Translations under genes and position numbers: made by a program
Origin: Candidatus Eiseniibacteriota bacterium
GTDB lineage: Bacteria; Eisenbacteria; RBG-16-71-46
Assembly (NCBI GenBank): GCA_031370785.1
Contig: JANMQY010000067.1
Location: 1 to 36,606, forward strand
Direction: 5' to 3'
DNA length: 36,606 nucleotides
Shown here: positions 10,478-17,231 of the stretch, one piece after another
Layout: every line of letters starts with the position of its first letter
Position numbering within the stretch: position 1 is the stretch's first letter
Notes under the pieces: generated by a model
Databases searched by the model: none
What the model saw: the letters and a program-made list of their open reading frames with translations, nothing else
Told to the model about the DNA's origin: nothing

Positions 10478-10719
10478 CTACTGAGCCACCACCGTGTAGG
10501 TCAGGGTGTTGGTGTAGTTCGTGGTGTAGCCCGCGATCGTGCTGCCACCGGTTCCGGCTGCGGTCTGGGTGCGGAACAGCAGATCCGCAAGCGTGATCTG
10601 CGGAACCGCGTCGGCGCAGCGGACCATGAGCGCCATGCCAGTCGTGGCCGCGAACGTCAAGGCCGGACGCTCAGCGCCACTACCAGCGTGGCCAGAGCGA
10701 GGAGAGGAGTGCGCTTCAT
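10478..10719 (-). pseudogene. Degenerate duplicate of pilin subunit A: 1-nt frameshift in the signal peptide plus two in-frame internal deletions
   Basis: AGGAG RBS, then ATG AAG CGC (MKRTPLLALATLVVALSV..), frameshift, then 56 aa identical to three segments of subunit A; 162 nt and 126 nt of subunit A are missing. Confidence 0.85.
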
Positions 10720-10755
10720 CGGGGGATCTCCTGGTTGTGCTCGAGGGGCATGGGA

Positions 10756-10823
10756 AGCACCGGACTGGCCGCGCTTCGACCTCCGAGGGGAGAGAGTCTC
10801 AGCGCGACCGCGGCTCCGGTGCT
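10756..10823. promoter_or_regulatory. Long imperfect hairpin immediately 3' of pilin subunit A
   Basis: agcaccgga (10756-10764) pairs with tccggtgct (10815-10823); inner ggccgcgct pairs with agcgcgacc. Confidence 0.5.
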
Positions 10824-11358
10824 ATTGCGCGACGACCGTGTAGGTCAGGGTGTTGGTGTAGTTCGTGGTGCCGGCCGCGATCGCATCGTCGTAGTTCATC
10901 AGGTTCTGAATGCGAACGTCGGTGACCACCACCTGCCACGGATGCTGAGCGACGGTCGTGGTCCACAGGCTCTGATCGACCGCAGTGATCGTCGTGTAGC
11001 CCGCGATCGTGCTGCCACCGGTTCCGGCCGCGGTCTGGGTGCGGAACAGCAGATCCGCGAGCGTGATCTGCGGAACGGCGTCGGCGCAGCGGACCATGAG
11101 CGCCATGCCGGTCGTCGAGTTGGTCTTGACCGCAACGCGCAGACCCGAGGCGCCGGCGGCATCCACGAAGTCATTGCCGTAGTCGGTGGCATTCGGGGTG
11201 AGCGTGACCGCCGGATCCAGGATCTGGATCATGGCGTTGGCCGAGGCCGCGAGGGTGACGTTGGACGTGCCGGTCGTGGCGGCGGATGCCGGATGGGCGA
11301 GGGTGACTCCGCCCAGCAGCACTGAGAGCACGACGAAGGTGTAGGTATGGCGCTTCAT
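10822..11358 (-). CDS. Pilin-like secreted subunit A (putative major subunit)
   Basis: Signal peptide MKRH..ASA; Thr/Ala/Val-rich beta sequence; C-terminal YTNTLTYTVVAQ resembles the terminal strand of Csu/SCPU and WxL-type subunits; first gene of locus; GGAG RBS. Confidence 0.75.
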   Translation of the reverse strand: MKRHTYTFVVLSVLLGGVTLAHPASAATTGTSNVTLAASANAMIQILDPAVTLTPNATDYGNDFVDAAGASGLRVAVKTNSTTGMALMVRCADAVPQITLADLLFRTQTAAGTGGSTIAGYTTITAVDQSLWTTTVAQHPWQVVVTDVRIQNLMNYDDAIAAGTTNYTNTLTYTVVAQ

Positions 11359-11524
11359 GTTGGCGATCTCCAGAATTGAGGGGGAATCCTGAGATGGCCC
11401 CGAGGGGTCGGGGAGAGAATCAGGTCACTGCGGACGTGCTTCCCTGCGCTAAGGCGCTCCTTTCGATGGATCACAGCCGGAACCCGGGGCATCCCCCGGA
11501 CGGAACCTCTCCCGGTCCTACCAC

Positions 11525-11540
11525 GCAAGGAATCGGCCAG
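11525..11540 (-). promoter_or_regulatory. Candidate sigma54 (-24/-12) promoter for the pilin locus
   Basis: Minus strand cTGGCcgattccTTGC, with GG-N10-GC spacing, ~165 nt upstream of the subunit A ATG. Confidence 0.55.
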
Positions 11541-11748
11541 CGGCCCATAAGGTGTGCTCGCGCCTCGTTGCGGTCGTCCGACATGGCGGATGACCGGGAG
11601 TCATCCTTCTATGACCCAAACGATTCATGGAGGTGAAGGCCCGCACCGGGGAGGCCGAGGGCGGGCTGAGGCAGCGCTGGCTTCATGAGGGAGAGCGTGC
11701 AGAATGCACAGTCGCAGATCGCGTGCCGACTAATCTGCATGCGCCAAG

Positions 11749-11789
11749 AAAAAAAACACTGCCCGACTCCGATCGCCTGGAGTGCGGGC
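11749..11789 (-). terminator. Rho-independent terminator after the glycosyltransferase
   Basis: Minus strand gcccgcactcc..ggagtcgggc hairpin followed by agtg and T8. Confidence 0.75.
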
Positions 11790-11832
11790 GGAGGCTCACC
11801 TTACCGGGGTCGGCCCATCTGGAGTGGCTCGT

Positions 11833-12567
11833 TCACTCGCCGGTGTCGCGGATGCGATAGCGGACCAGGCGCGACTTGAGCCACTGAACTCCGACCAGAT
11901 CGTTGAGCCCGCGCCATAGCCTGTTCCCCACGCCATACTTGGAAACGCCGTGGCGGCGCGGGCGGTGGGTGAGCAGGACCTCCCTGAGCCGGGCGCCGCG
12001 GAACACGCAGAGCGCCGGCAGGAAGCGATGGACGCCCACGAACATCGGCAGGCCATCGAGCGCCTCGCGCCGGTACGCCTTGAACGAGCAGCCGATGTCG
12101 GTGATCGGATCGCCGAGCACGCCGCGGCGCACGCGATTCGCGATGCGCGAGGAGACGCGCCGCGCCCAGCTGTCCTGGCGCCGCGCGCGAACCCCCGAGA
12201 CCACGTCGGCTCCCTCGAGTGCTTCCAGCAGGCGCGGGAGATCGGCCGGATCGTTCTGCAGATCGGCATCCAGGGTCACGATGATCGCGCCGCGAGCGCG
12301 GGAGAGTCCGGCGGCCAGCGCCGCGCTCTGCCCGGCATTTTCGACGAGCAGCACGGCGCGCACCCGGGGGTCGCGGCGCGACTCGGCGAGGATGCGCTGA
12401 TCGGTGCCGTCGCGGCTGCCGTCGTCGACCAGCACGATCTCCCAGGACCTCGTGACGCCCGCCAGCGCCTCGCGCAGCTCGGCGAGCAGCGGCTCGAGGT
12501 TCTCCACCTCGTTGTACGCGGGGATGACCAGCGAGAGTTCGGGCGCGGAGGGGTCGGATGCGTTCAT
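11833..12567 (-). CDS. Glycosyltransferase family 2 (polyprenol-phosphate/DPM-synthase-like)
   Basis: LSLVIPAYNE, VDDGSRDGT, GQSAAL, LDADLQNDPAD, RRHGVSKYG. Confidence 0.92.
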   Translation of the reverse strand: MNASDPSAPELSLVIPAYNEVENLEPLLAELREALAGVTRSWEIVLVDDGSRDGTDQRILAESRRDPRVRAVLLVENAGQSAALAAGLSRARGAIIVTLDADLQNDPADLPRLLEALEGADVVSGVRARRQDSWARRVSSRIANRVRRGVLGDPITDIGCSFKAYRREALDGLPMFVGVHRFLPALCVFRGARLREVLLTHRPRRHGVSKYGVGNRLWRGLNDLVGVQWLKSRLVRYRIRDTGE

Positions 12568-12735
12568 GTCGACCGCGCAGGATTGCAGACCCGCGGGCGA
12601 GGGGCCAGCGGATTCCGGACGGCATTTGAGCGCCTCGCGCGCCTGTGCTAGAAACTCGGGTCCGTGCCACCGCTGCGCACCGCCCCGCCCGCGCCTTGCC
12701 CGCGCCGGCCCCGGATTCGCCGGGGGAGTGCCCGC

Positions 12736-13317
12736 GTGCTTCCGCTGGAGCAGCTCGCGATGGAGCTCGGGCCCGCGCGCCCGCGCTGGACCTTCTCGCG
12801 CCGCGTGATCGGCTCCCCGCACCTGAACCGGATCCGCGAACGGCTGGAGTTCGTGCGTCGCTTCTTTCCCGAGATCGAGTCGCTCACGGTGCGGGTCGGA
12901 CTTGCCGAAAAGCGCGGCATCCTCGGCTGGGGCTCGCTCGACCCCGCGCGCCCGGGCGTATGGGTGCGGCCGCGCCGACTCGACTACTTCACCATTGCCC
13001 ACGAGTTCACCCACCTGCTGCAGGCGCGCGAGCTGGTGCCGCGCGGCGAGCGCGCGTGCGATCTCTACGCGCTGGCGCGCTCGCCCCTGCTCATCGATCA
13101 TCCGCCCGGCTACCTGCGACTGCCGCGCGCCCTGATGCAGCGGAAGCTCGGCTACTCGATCGCGCAGCACCTGTTCGAAGCGGCCAGGCGCGCGATCGCG
13201 GCTCGCGATCGCGGCGAGAGGCGCTACCTGCTGAGCTTCGAGCGCGAAGTCCGGGAATGGGTCGAAGACGAGGCGGAGAGCCGCTCGAACGGTGTGCTGA
13301 TCGCCCGCAGCGGATGA
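12736..13317 (+). CDS. Hypothetical protein with zincin-like HExxH motif
   Basis: FTIAHEFTHLLQ followed by GERACDLYA; GTG at 12736 after GGGAG (start uncertain); stop overlaps the NUDIX ATG. Confidence 0.65.
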   Translation: MLPLEQLAMELGPARPRWTFSRRVIGSPHLNRIRERLEFVRRFFPEIESLTVRVGLAEKRGILGWGSLDPARPGVWVRPRRLDYFTIAHEFTHLLQARELVPRGERACDLYALARSPLLIDHPPGYLRLPRALMQRKLGYSIAQHLFEAARRAIAARDRGERRYLLSFEREVREWVEDEAESRSNGVLIARSG

Positions 13318-13724
13318 AGACCGTTCGCGTCGCGGCGGCGGTGGTGTGGGACGGCGCGCGCCTGCTCATGACCCGGCGTCCGCCGGGCGGACCGCTCGGG
13401 CTCAAGTGGGAGTTCCCGGGCGGCAAGATCGAATCGGGCGAGAGCGCGGCCGAGGCGCTCGAGCGTGAAGTGCTGGAGGAGCTTGGGGTGCGCGCCCGCG
13501 CGGGCCGCACGCTCGGCGAGCATACGCATGAGTACGCCCACGGGCTGCGCGTCGAGCTCACGTTCATCGAGTGCACCCTCGAGAGTCTGGAGTTCACGCC
13601 GACGGCGGCGGTGTACGAAGTGCGCTGGCTGGAAGCCGCGAACATTCCGCTCGACGAAGTGCTCGAAGCGGACCGCGAGTTCGTGCGGTCGCTCGGCGCC
13701 CACCGCCTGAGCGGCGAGCGCTAG
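13314..13724 (+). CDS. NUDIX hydrolase, MutT/NudG-like
   Basis: WEFPGGKIESGESAAEALEREVLEELG Nudix box. Confidence 0.92.
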   Translation: MKTVRVAAAVVWDGARLLMTRRPPGGPLGLKWEFPGGKIESGESAAEALEREVLEELGVRARAGRTLGEHTHEYAHGLRVELTFIECTLESLEFTPTAAVYEVRWLEAANIPLDEVLEADREFVRSLGAHRLSGER

Positions 13725-13744
13725 AGCCTTAAGGAGAGAGCTGG

Positions 13745-13900
13745 ATGGTGCTGCCCAAGGGACTCGAGTTCCTCCACTTCGGCTGGTGGGTAATCCACGT
13801 GCTGGCAGTGCTGTTCGTCTATACCCTGGCGTATCGCAGGGGCCGCAACGACGAGAAGCGCGAGCAGCGCATGCGCGAAAAGAAAGAGGGGAAGCGTTGA
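13745..13900 (+). CDS. 51-aa single-pass membrane protein (absent from ORF track)
   Basis: AAGGAG RBS at 13731-13736; MVLPKGLEFLHFGWWVIHVLAVLFVYTLAYRRGRNDEKREQRMREKKEGKR; fills the gap and its TGA overlaps the SDR TTG start. Confidence 0.75.
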   Translation: MVLPKGLEFLHFGWWVIHVLAVLFVYTLAYRRGRNDEKREQRMREKKEGKR

Positions 13901-14673
13901 GTGAAGGCAGACGTTTCGTCGGGAAGCGCGCCCTGGTGACCGGCGCGAGCAGCGGCATCGGCCGCGCCACCGCGCGCGCGCTGGCGGGTGAAGGAGCTCG
14001 CGTGGTGCTGTCCGGACGCCGGCGCGACCGGCTGGACGAAGAGGCGAAGCGGGTGCGTGACCTGGGTGGCGAGGCGGTCGTCGCCGCGGGCGACGTGCGC
14101 GAGGAGCCGGCATGCCGCGCGCTGGTCGCGGAAGCCGTCCGCACGTTCGGTGGGCTCGACCACGTCGTGCACGCCGCGGGCGTGATCGGCGGGAAGGGCG
14201 TGTCCGACACCCCGCTCACCGAGTGGGACCGGGTGATGGACTCCAACCTGCGCTCGCTGCATGTCTTGACCCTCGCGGTCGCTCCCGAGCTCGAGAAGTC
14301 GAAGGGCAGCATGGTCAACCTGTCTTCGGTCGCGGGGACGCGCCCCTACCCGGGGCTCGCCGCCTACTGCGTGAGCAAGGCGGGGGTGGACATGTACACG
14401 CGCTGCGCCGCGCTCGACCTGGCCCCGCTCGGAGTGCGCGTGAATGCGGTCAATCCGGGGGTGGTGGTGACCGAACTGCACACGGTGACGGCCGCGGTCG
14501 CCGACTACCCGGCCTTCCTCGAGCGCTCCAAGTCCACGCACCCGCTGGGCCGGGTGGGTAGACCTGAGGAGGTCGCCGCGCTGATCCTGTTTCTGCTCGG
14601 GGATGAGGCGGGGTGGATCACCGGCGGGACGTTCGCGATCGACGGCGGTCGCGCCCTCGCCAGCGCGCGCTGA
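13897..14673 (+). CDS. Short-chain dehydrogenase/reductase (classical SDR)
   Basis: TGASSGIG, NLSS, YCVSK, RVNAVNPG, IDGG; TTG start. Confidence 0.93.
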   Translation: MSEGRRFVGKRALVTGASSGIGRATARALAGEGARVVLSGRRRDRLDEEAKRVRDLGGEAVVAAGDVREEPACRALVAEAVRTFGGLDHVVHAAGVIGGKGVSDTPLTEWDRVMDSNLRSLHVLTLAVAPELEKSKGSMVNLSSVAGTRPYPGLAAYCVSKAGVDMYTRCAALDLAPLGVRVNAVNPGVVVTELHTVTAAVADYPAFLERSKSTHPLGRVGRPEEVAALILFLLGDEAGWITGGTFAIDGGRALASAR

Positions 14674-14767
14674 AACCCGGCCCGTCCGGGCCGATTGCCG
14701 GCGGCGTGGTTCGGGGCCCTAATTCGCAGTAAGGACAGGGCATCCCGGGGCCGATAACGCGGGGGTC

Positions 14768-15607
14768 ATGGACCCCGCCCTCGTCCTCCATCCCACTGGC
14801 CCCGGCATCGCACTCGCCGCCGCCGCAGTCGTGCTCGGCGCGCCGCTCTTCAGCGATGGCTTGCGCGCGGTGCGACTGCGCCGGCACTTCGCGCGCCTGC
14901 GCGTGGTCTCGCTTGCCGATCTGCCTTCGGGATTCGTGCAGGTGAATGGACAGGTCGCGCTCGAGAGTCCGCTGTTCGCGCCGCTCTCGAACGTCGCGTG
15001 CGCCGGCTTTCGACTCGAAGTGCGGGCCCTGGGCCGACCGCTCGTGCAGCGCGTCGATGAGCATCGCCGCTTCCGCCTGATCGATGGCGGCGTGCACGCG
15101 ACCGTGCTCGAGCAAGGCTCGCGCTGGGATCTGCCGGTGAGCGCGGTTCGCACCGTGCCCGCCGATCAGGCGCTGAGCGCGAACCTCGCCACGCTGCTGG
15201 AGCGCACGCCCGAGATGCACTGGGCACGCCGCGCGGGCGACACCCTGCACTTCACCGAGCGTTCACTGGCGGTGGGCTCGCGCTGCCACGTGATCGGCTA
15301 CGCACGCCACGCGCGTCCGGTCGAGCTGTTCGTCGAGGACGCAATGCTGCGCACCGGCACCGACGATCGCGCGGTGGCTTCTTCCGCGCGCGCGCAGTCT
15401 GCGGCCGCGAGCGAACCCGACCTGTGGCTCGGCCCGGGCGAGCACCTGGACTTCCTGCTGGTCAGTCACGCCGAGCCGCTGCCCTCGCGCTGGAGCGTCC
15501 CGGCGTGGCGTGCGCTCGGTGCGGTGCTCGGGCCCGGCCTCAGCATGGCCGGCCTTCTCTACCTGGCGAGCGCGCTCGATTTCATGCGCGCGAGCGGGCG
15601 CTTCTAA
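14768..15607 (+). CDS. GIDE-like membrane protein 1 (N- and C-terminal TM)
   Basis: TM at both ends; LPSGFVQVNG..LFAPLSNVAC, FTERSL, RTGTDD; evident paralog of the next gene. Confidence 0.65.
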   Translation: MDPALVLHPTGPGIALAAAAVVLGAPLFSDGLRAVRLRRHFARLRVVSLADLPSGFVQVNGQVALESPLFAPLSNVACAGFRLEVRALGRPLVQRVDEHRRFRLIDGGVHATVLEQGSRWDLPVSAVRTVPADQALSANLATLLERTPEMHWARRAGDTLHFTERSLAVGSRCHVIGYARHARPVELFVEDAMLRTGTDDRAVASSARAQSAAASEPDLWLGPGEHLDFLLVSHAEPLPSRWSVPAWRALGAVLGPGLSMAGLLYLASALDFMRASGRF

Positions 15608-15616
15608 GGAGCCGCG

Positions 15617-16429
15617 ATGTCCTCGATCGAATGGCCGTTCGCCGCCATCGCCGCGATGCTCGCCGGCCCGGTGCTGTTCGCGCGCGGATTCACGACGCTG
15701 CGCATGCGCCAGCTCATGCTCAACACCCCGACCGCGCGCATCCGCTCGATGGCGATGGGCCTGGTCGAGGTGAGCGGCACGGTGGCGGCGCGCAGCACGG
15801 TGGTCGCCCCGTTCTCGGGACGCCCGTGCGCGTACTGGGAGATCGACGTCGCGACCCGCGGAAAAAACGTGTGGAACACGGTTCACAGGAACTGCTCGGG
15901 CAATCCGTTCTTCCTGCGCGACGAGACCGGTGTGGCGCTGGTCTATCCGCGCGGGGCCGAGAGCAAGATTCACTGCGGCGTTTCGGAAGAGTGCATGGGC
16001 GTGACGTTGCCCACCTTCTACGCCCAGTACCTCGAGGAACAGAACCTGGCGCTGCGCCACGTGTGGCGGATGGGAGAGATGCGCTTCCGCGAACGCATCC
16101 TCGAGGAAGGTCAGAGTGTGTTCGTGCTCGGCACCGCGATGCCGCGTCCCCGCGCGCTCTCGATCTCGGAAGACGTCGTGCTGCAGGCGACCGGCACCGA
16201 CGACGCGCACACTCACCAGATCCAGACCTCGAGTGAAGAGGTGAGCGCGGTCATTCGTCAGGGCACCAACGAGAGAACATTCGTGATCAGCCAGGAATCC
16301 GAGCGGTCGCTCGGGGCCGAGCTGGGCTTCATCGCGCTGGCCAAGCTGGTGGGCGGCCCGCTGCTCGCGCTGGGTGGGCTCGCGTACTGGCTCGACCGCC
16401 TTGGCCACGGACACCCGTTCCGATTCTGA
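15617..16429 (+). CDS. GIDE-domain membrane protein 2
   Basis: NTPTARIRSMAMGLVEVSG, APFSGRPCAYW, PFFLRDETG, RFRERIL..VFVLG, FVIS..SE, terminal TMs; AAGGAG RBS; adjacent to lemA. Confidence 0.75.
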   Translation: MSSIEWPFAAIAAMLAGPVLFARGFTTLRMRQLMLNTPTARIRSMAMGLVEVSGTVAARSTVVAPFSGRPCAYWEIDVATRGKNVWNTVHRNCSGNPFFLRDETGVALVYPRGAESKIHCGVSEECMGVTLPTFYAQYLEEQNLALRHVWRMGEMRFRERILEEGQSVFVLGTAMPRPRALSISEDVVLQATGTDDAHTHQIQTSSEEVSAVIRQGTNERTFVISQESERSLGAELGFIALAKLVGGPLLALGGLAYWLDRLGHGHPFRF

Positions 16430-16482
16430 AGCAGAAGCCCCGGCACGACGCCGGGTGATGGACCCGAAACCGGAGGCCGAAG

Positions 16483-17061
16483 ATGCATCCGATGGAAATC
16501 CTGGTCACCGTGGCGATCGGCTTTCTGCTGGTTGGCACGGTTGGATACCTGCTCTCGCTCTACAACAGCCTGGTCGCGCTCAAGAACAGCATCGGGCGGG
16601 CGTGGGCCAACATCGACGTGCTGCTCAAGCAGCGTCACGACGAGTTGCCCAAGCTGGTGGCCACATGCGAGGGCTACATGCAGCACGAGCGCGCGGTGTT
16701 CGACCGCTTGAGCGAAGCGCGCGGCGCACTGATGAAGGCGCGCGGGGTCGGTGAGCGTGCCGAAGCCGAGGGGCTGCTGACCAAGGCGCTCGGACAGTTC
16801 TTCGCGGTGGCCGAGGCGTATCCCGACCTCAAGGCCAACACCGGCTTCCTGCAGCTGCAGAGCCGGATCAGCGATCTCGAGAACCAGATCGCCGATCGCC
16901 GCGAGTTCTACAACGACACCGTGACCACATTCAACACGCGCATCCAGCAGATCCCCGACAATCTGGTCGCGGGATGGCTGTCGCTGACCCCGGCCGAGCT
17001 GTTCAAGGTCGAGGAGAGCGACCGGCAGGATGTGCAGATCCAGTTCAAGATGGCCGGCTAA
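16483..17061 (+). CDS. lemA: LemA family protein
   Basis: N-terminal TM, YNSLV, AWANIDVLLKQRHDELPKLV, EAYPDLKAN, RREFYNDTV..FN..IQQIP. Confidence 0.95.
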   Translation: MHPMEILVTVAIGFLLVGTVGYLLSLYNSLVALKNSIGRAWANIDVLLKQRHDELPKLVATCEGYMQHERAVFDRLSEARGALMKARGVGERAEAEGLLTKALGQFFAVAEAYPDLKANTGFLQLQSRISDLENQIADRREFYNDTVTTFNTRIQQIPDNLVAGWLSLTPAELFKVEESDRQDVQIQFKMAG

Positions 17062-17077
17062 CAACCTCGCAACCGGT

Positions 17078-17106
17078 GCGACCCCCGGCGCTTCGCCGGG
17101 GGTCGC
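17078..17106 (+). terminator. 13-bp perfect hairpin after lemA
   Basis: gcgacccccggcg-ctt-cgccgggggtcgc followed by cacatttcct. Confidence 0.65.
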
Positions 17107-17231
17107 CACATTTCCTGGGCGACACGCGATCGCGGGACTCCCGCATTCGCGCTTGTGGGCCGCGCCTCGCGCCCGTAGCTTTGCGCCATGGCCTGTCGCC
17201 CCGGGAGGATCCCGGTCTTGCCTCCACGATC

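Noticed and set aside
9897..10862. Three 28-nt direct repeats as a CRISPR array
   Set aside because: Spacing is 594 and 344 nt, the repeats encode YTNTLTYTV in paralogs, and no cas genes are present
10478..11115. Pilin pseudo-copy as a diversity-generating retroelement template repeat
   Set aside because: Differences are synonymous third-position changes, not adenine-specific on either strand, and no reverse transcriptase is in the window
11404..11416. 13-mer ggggtcgggagag also at 23328-23340, both upstream of minus-strand genes
   Set aside because: A match of this length is expected by chance in GC-rich sequence, and distances to the starts differ
11359..11520. Riboswitch (e.g. c-di-GMP) in the pilin leader
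   Set aside because: Some local pairing but no recognisable consensus elements; an Rfam scan would be needed
11714..11728. Second sigma54-like site CGGCACG-N4-CTGC
   Set aside because: Two mismatches at conserved T positions and lies within a dyad next to the terminator; weaker than the 11525 site
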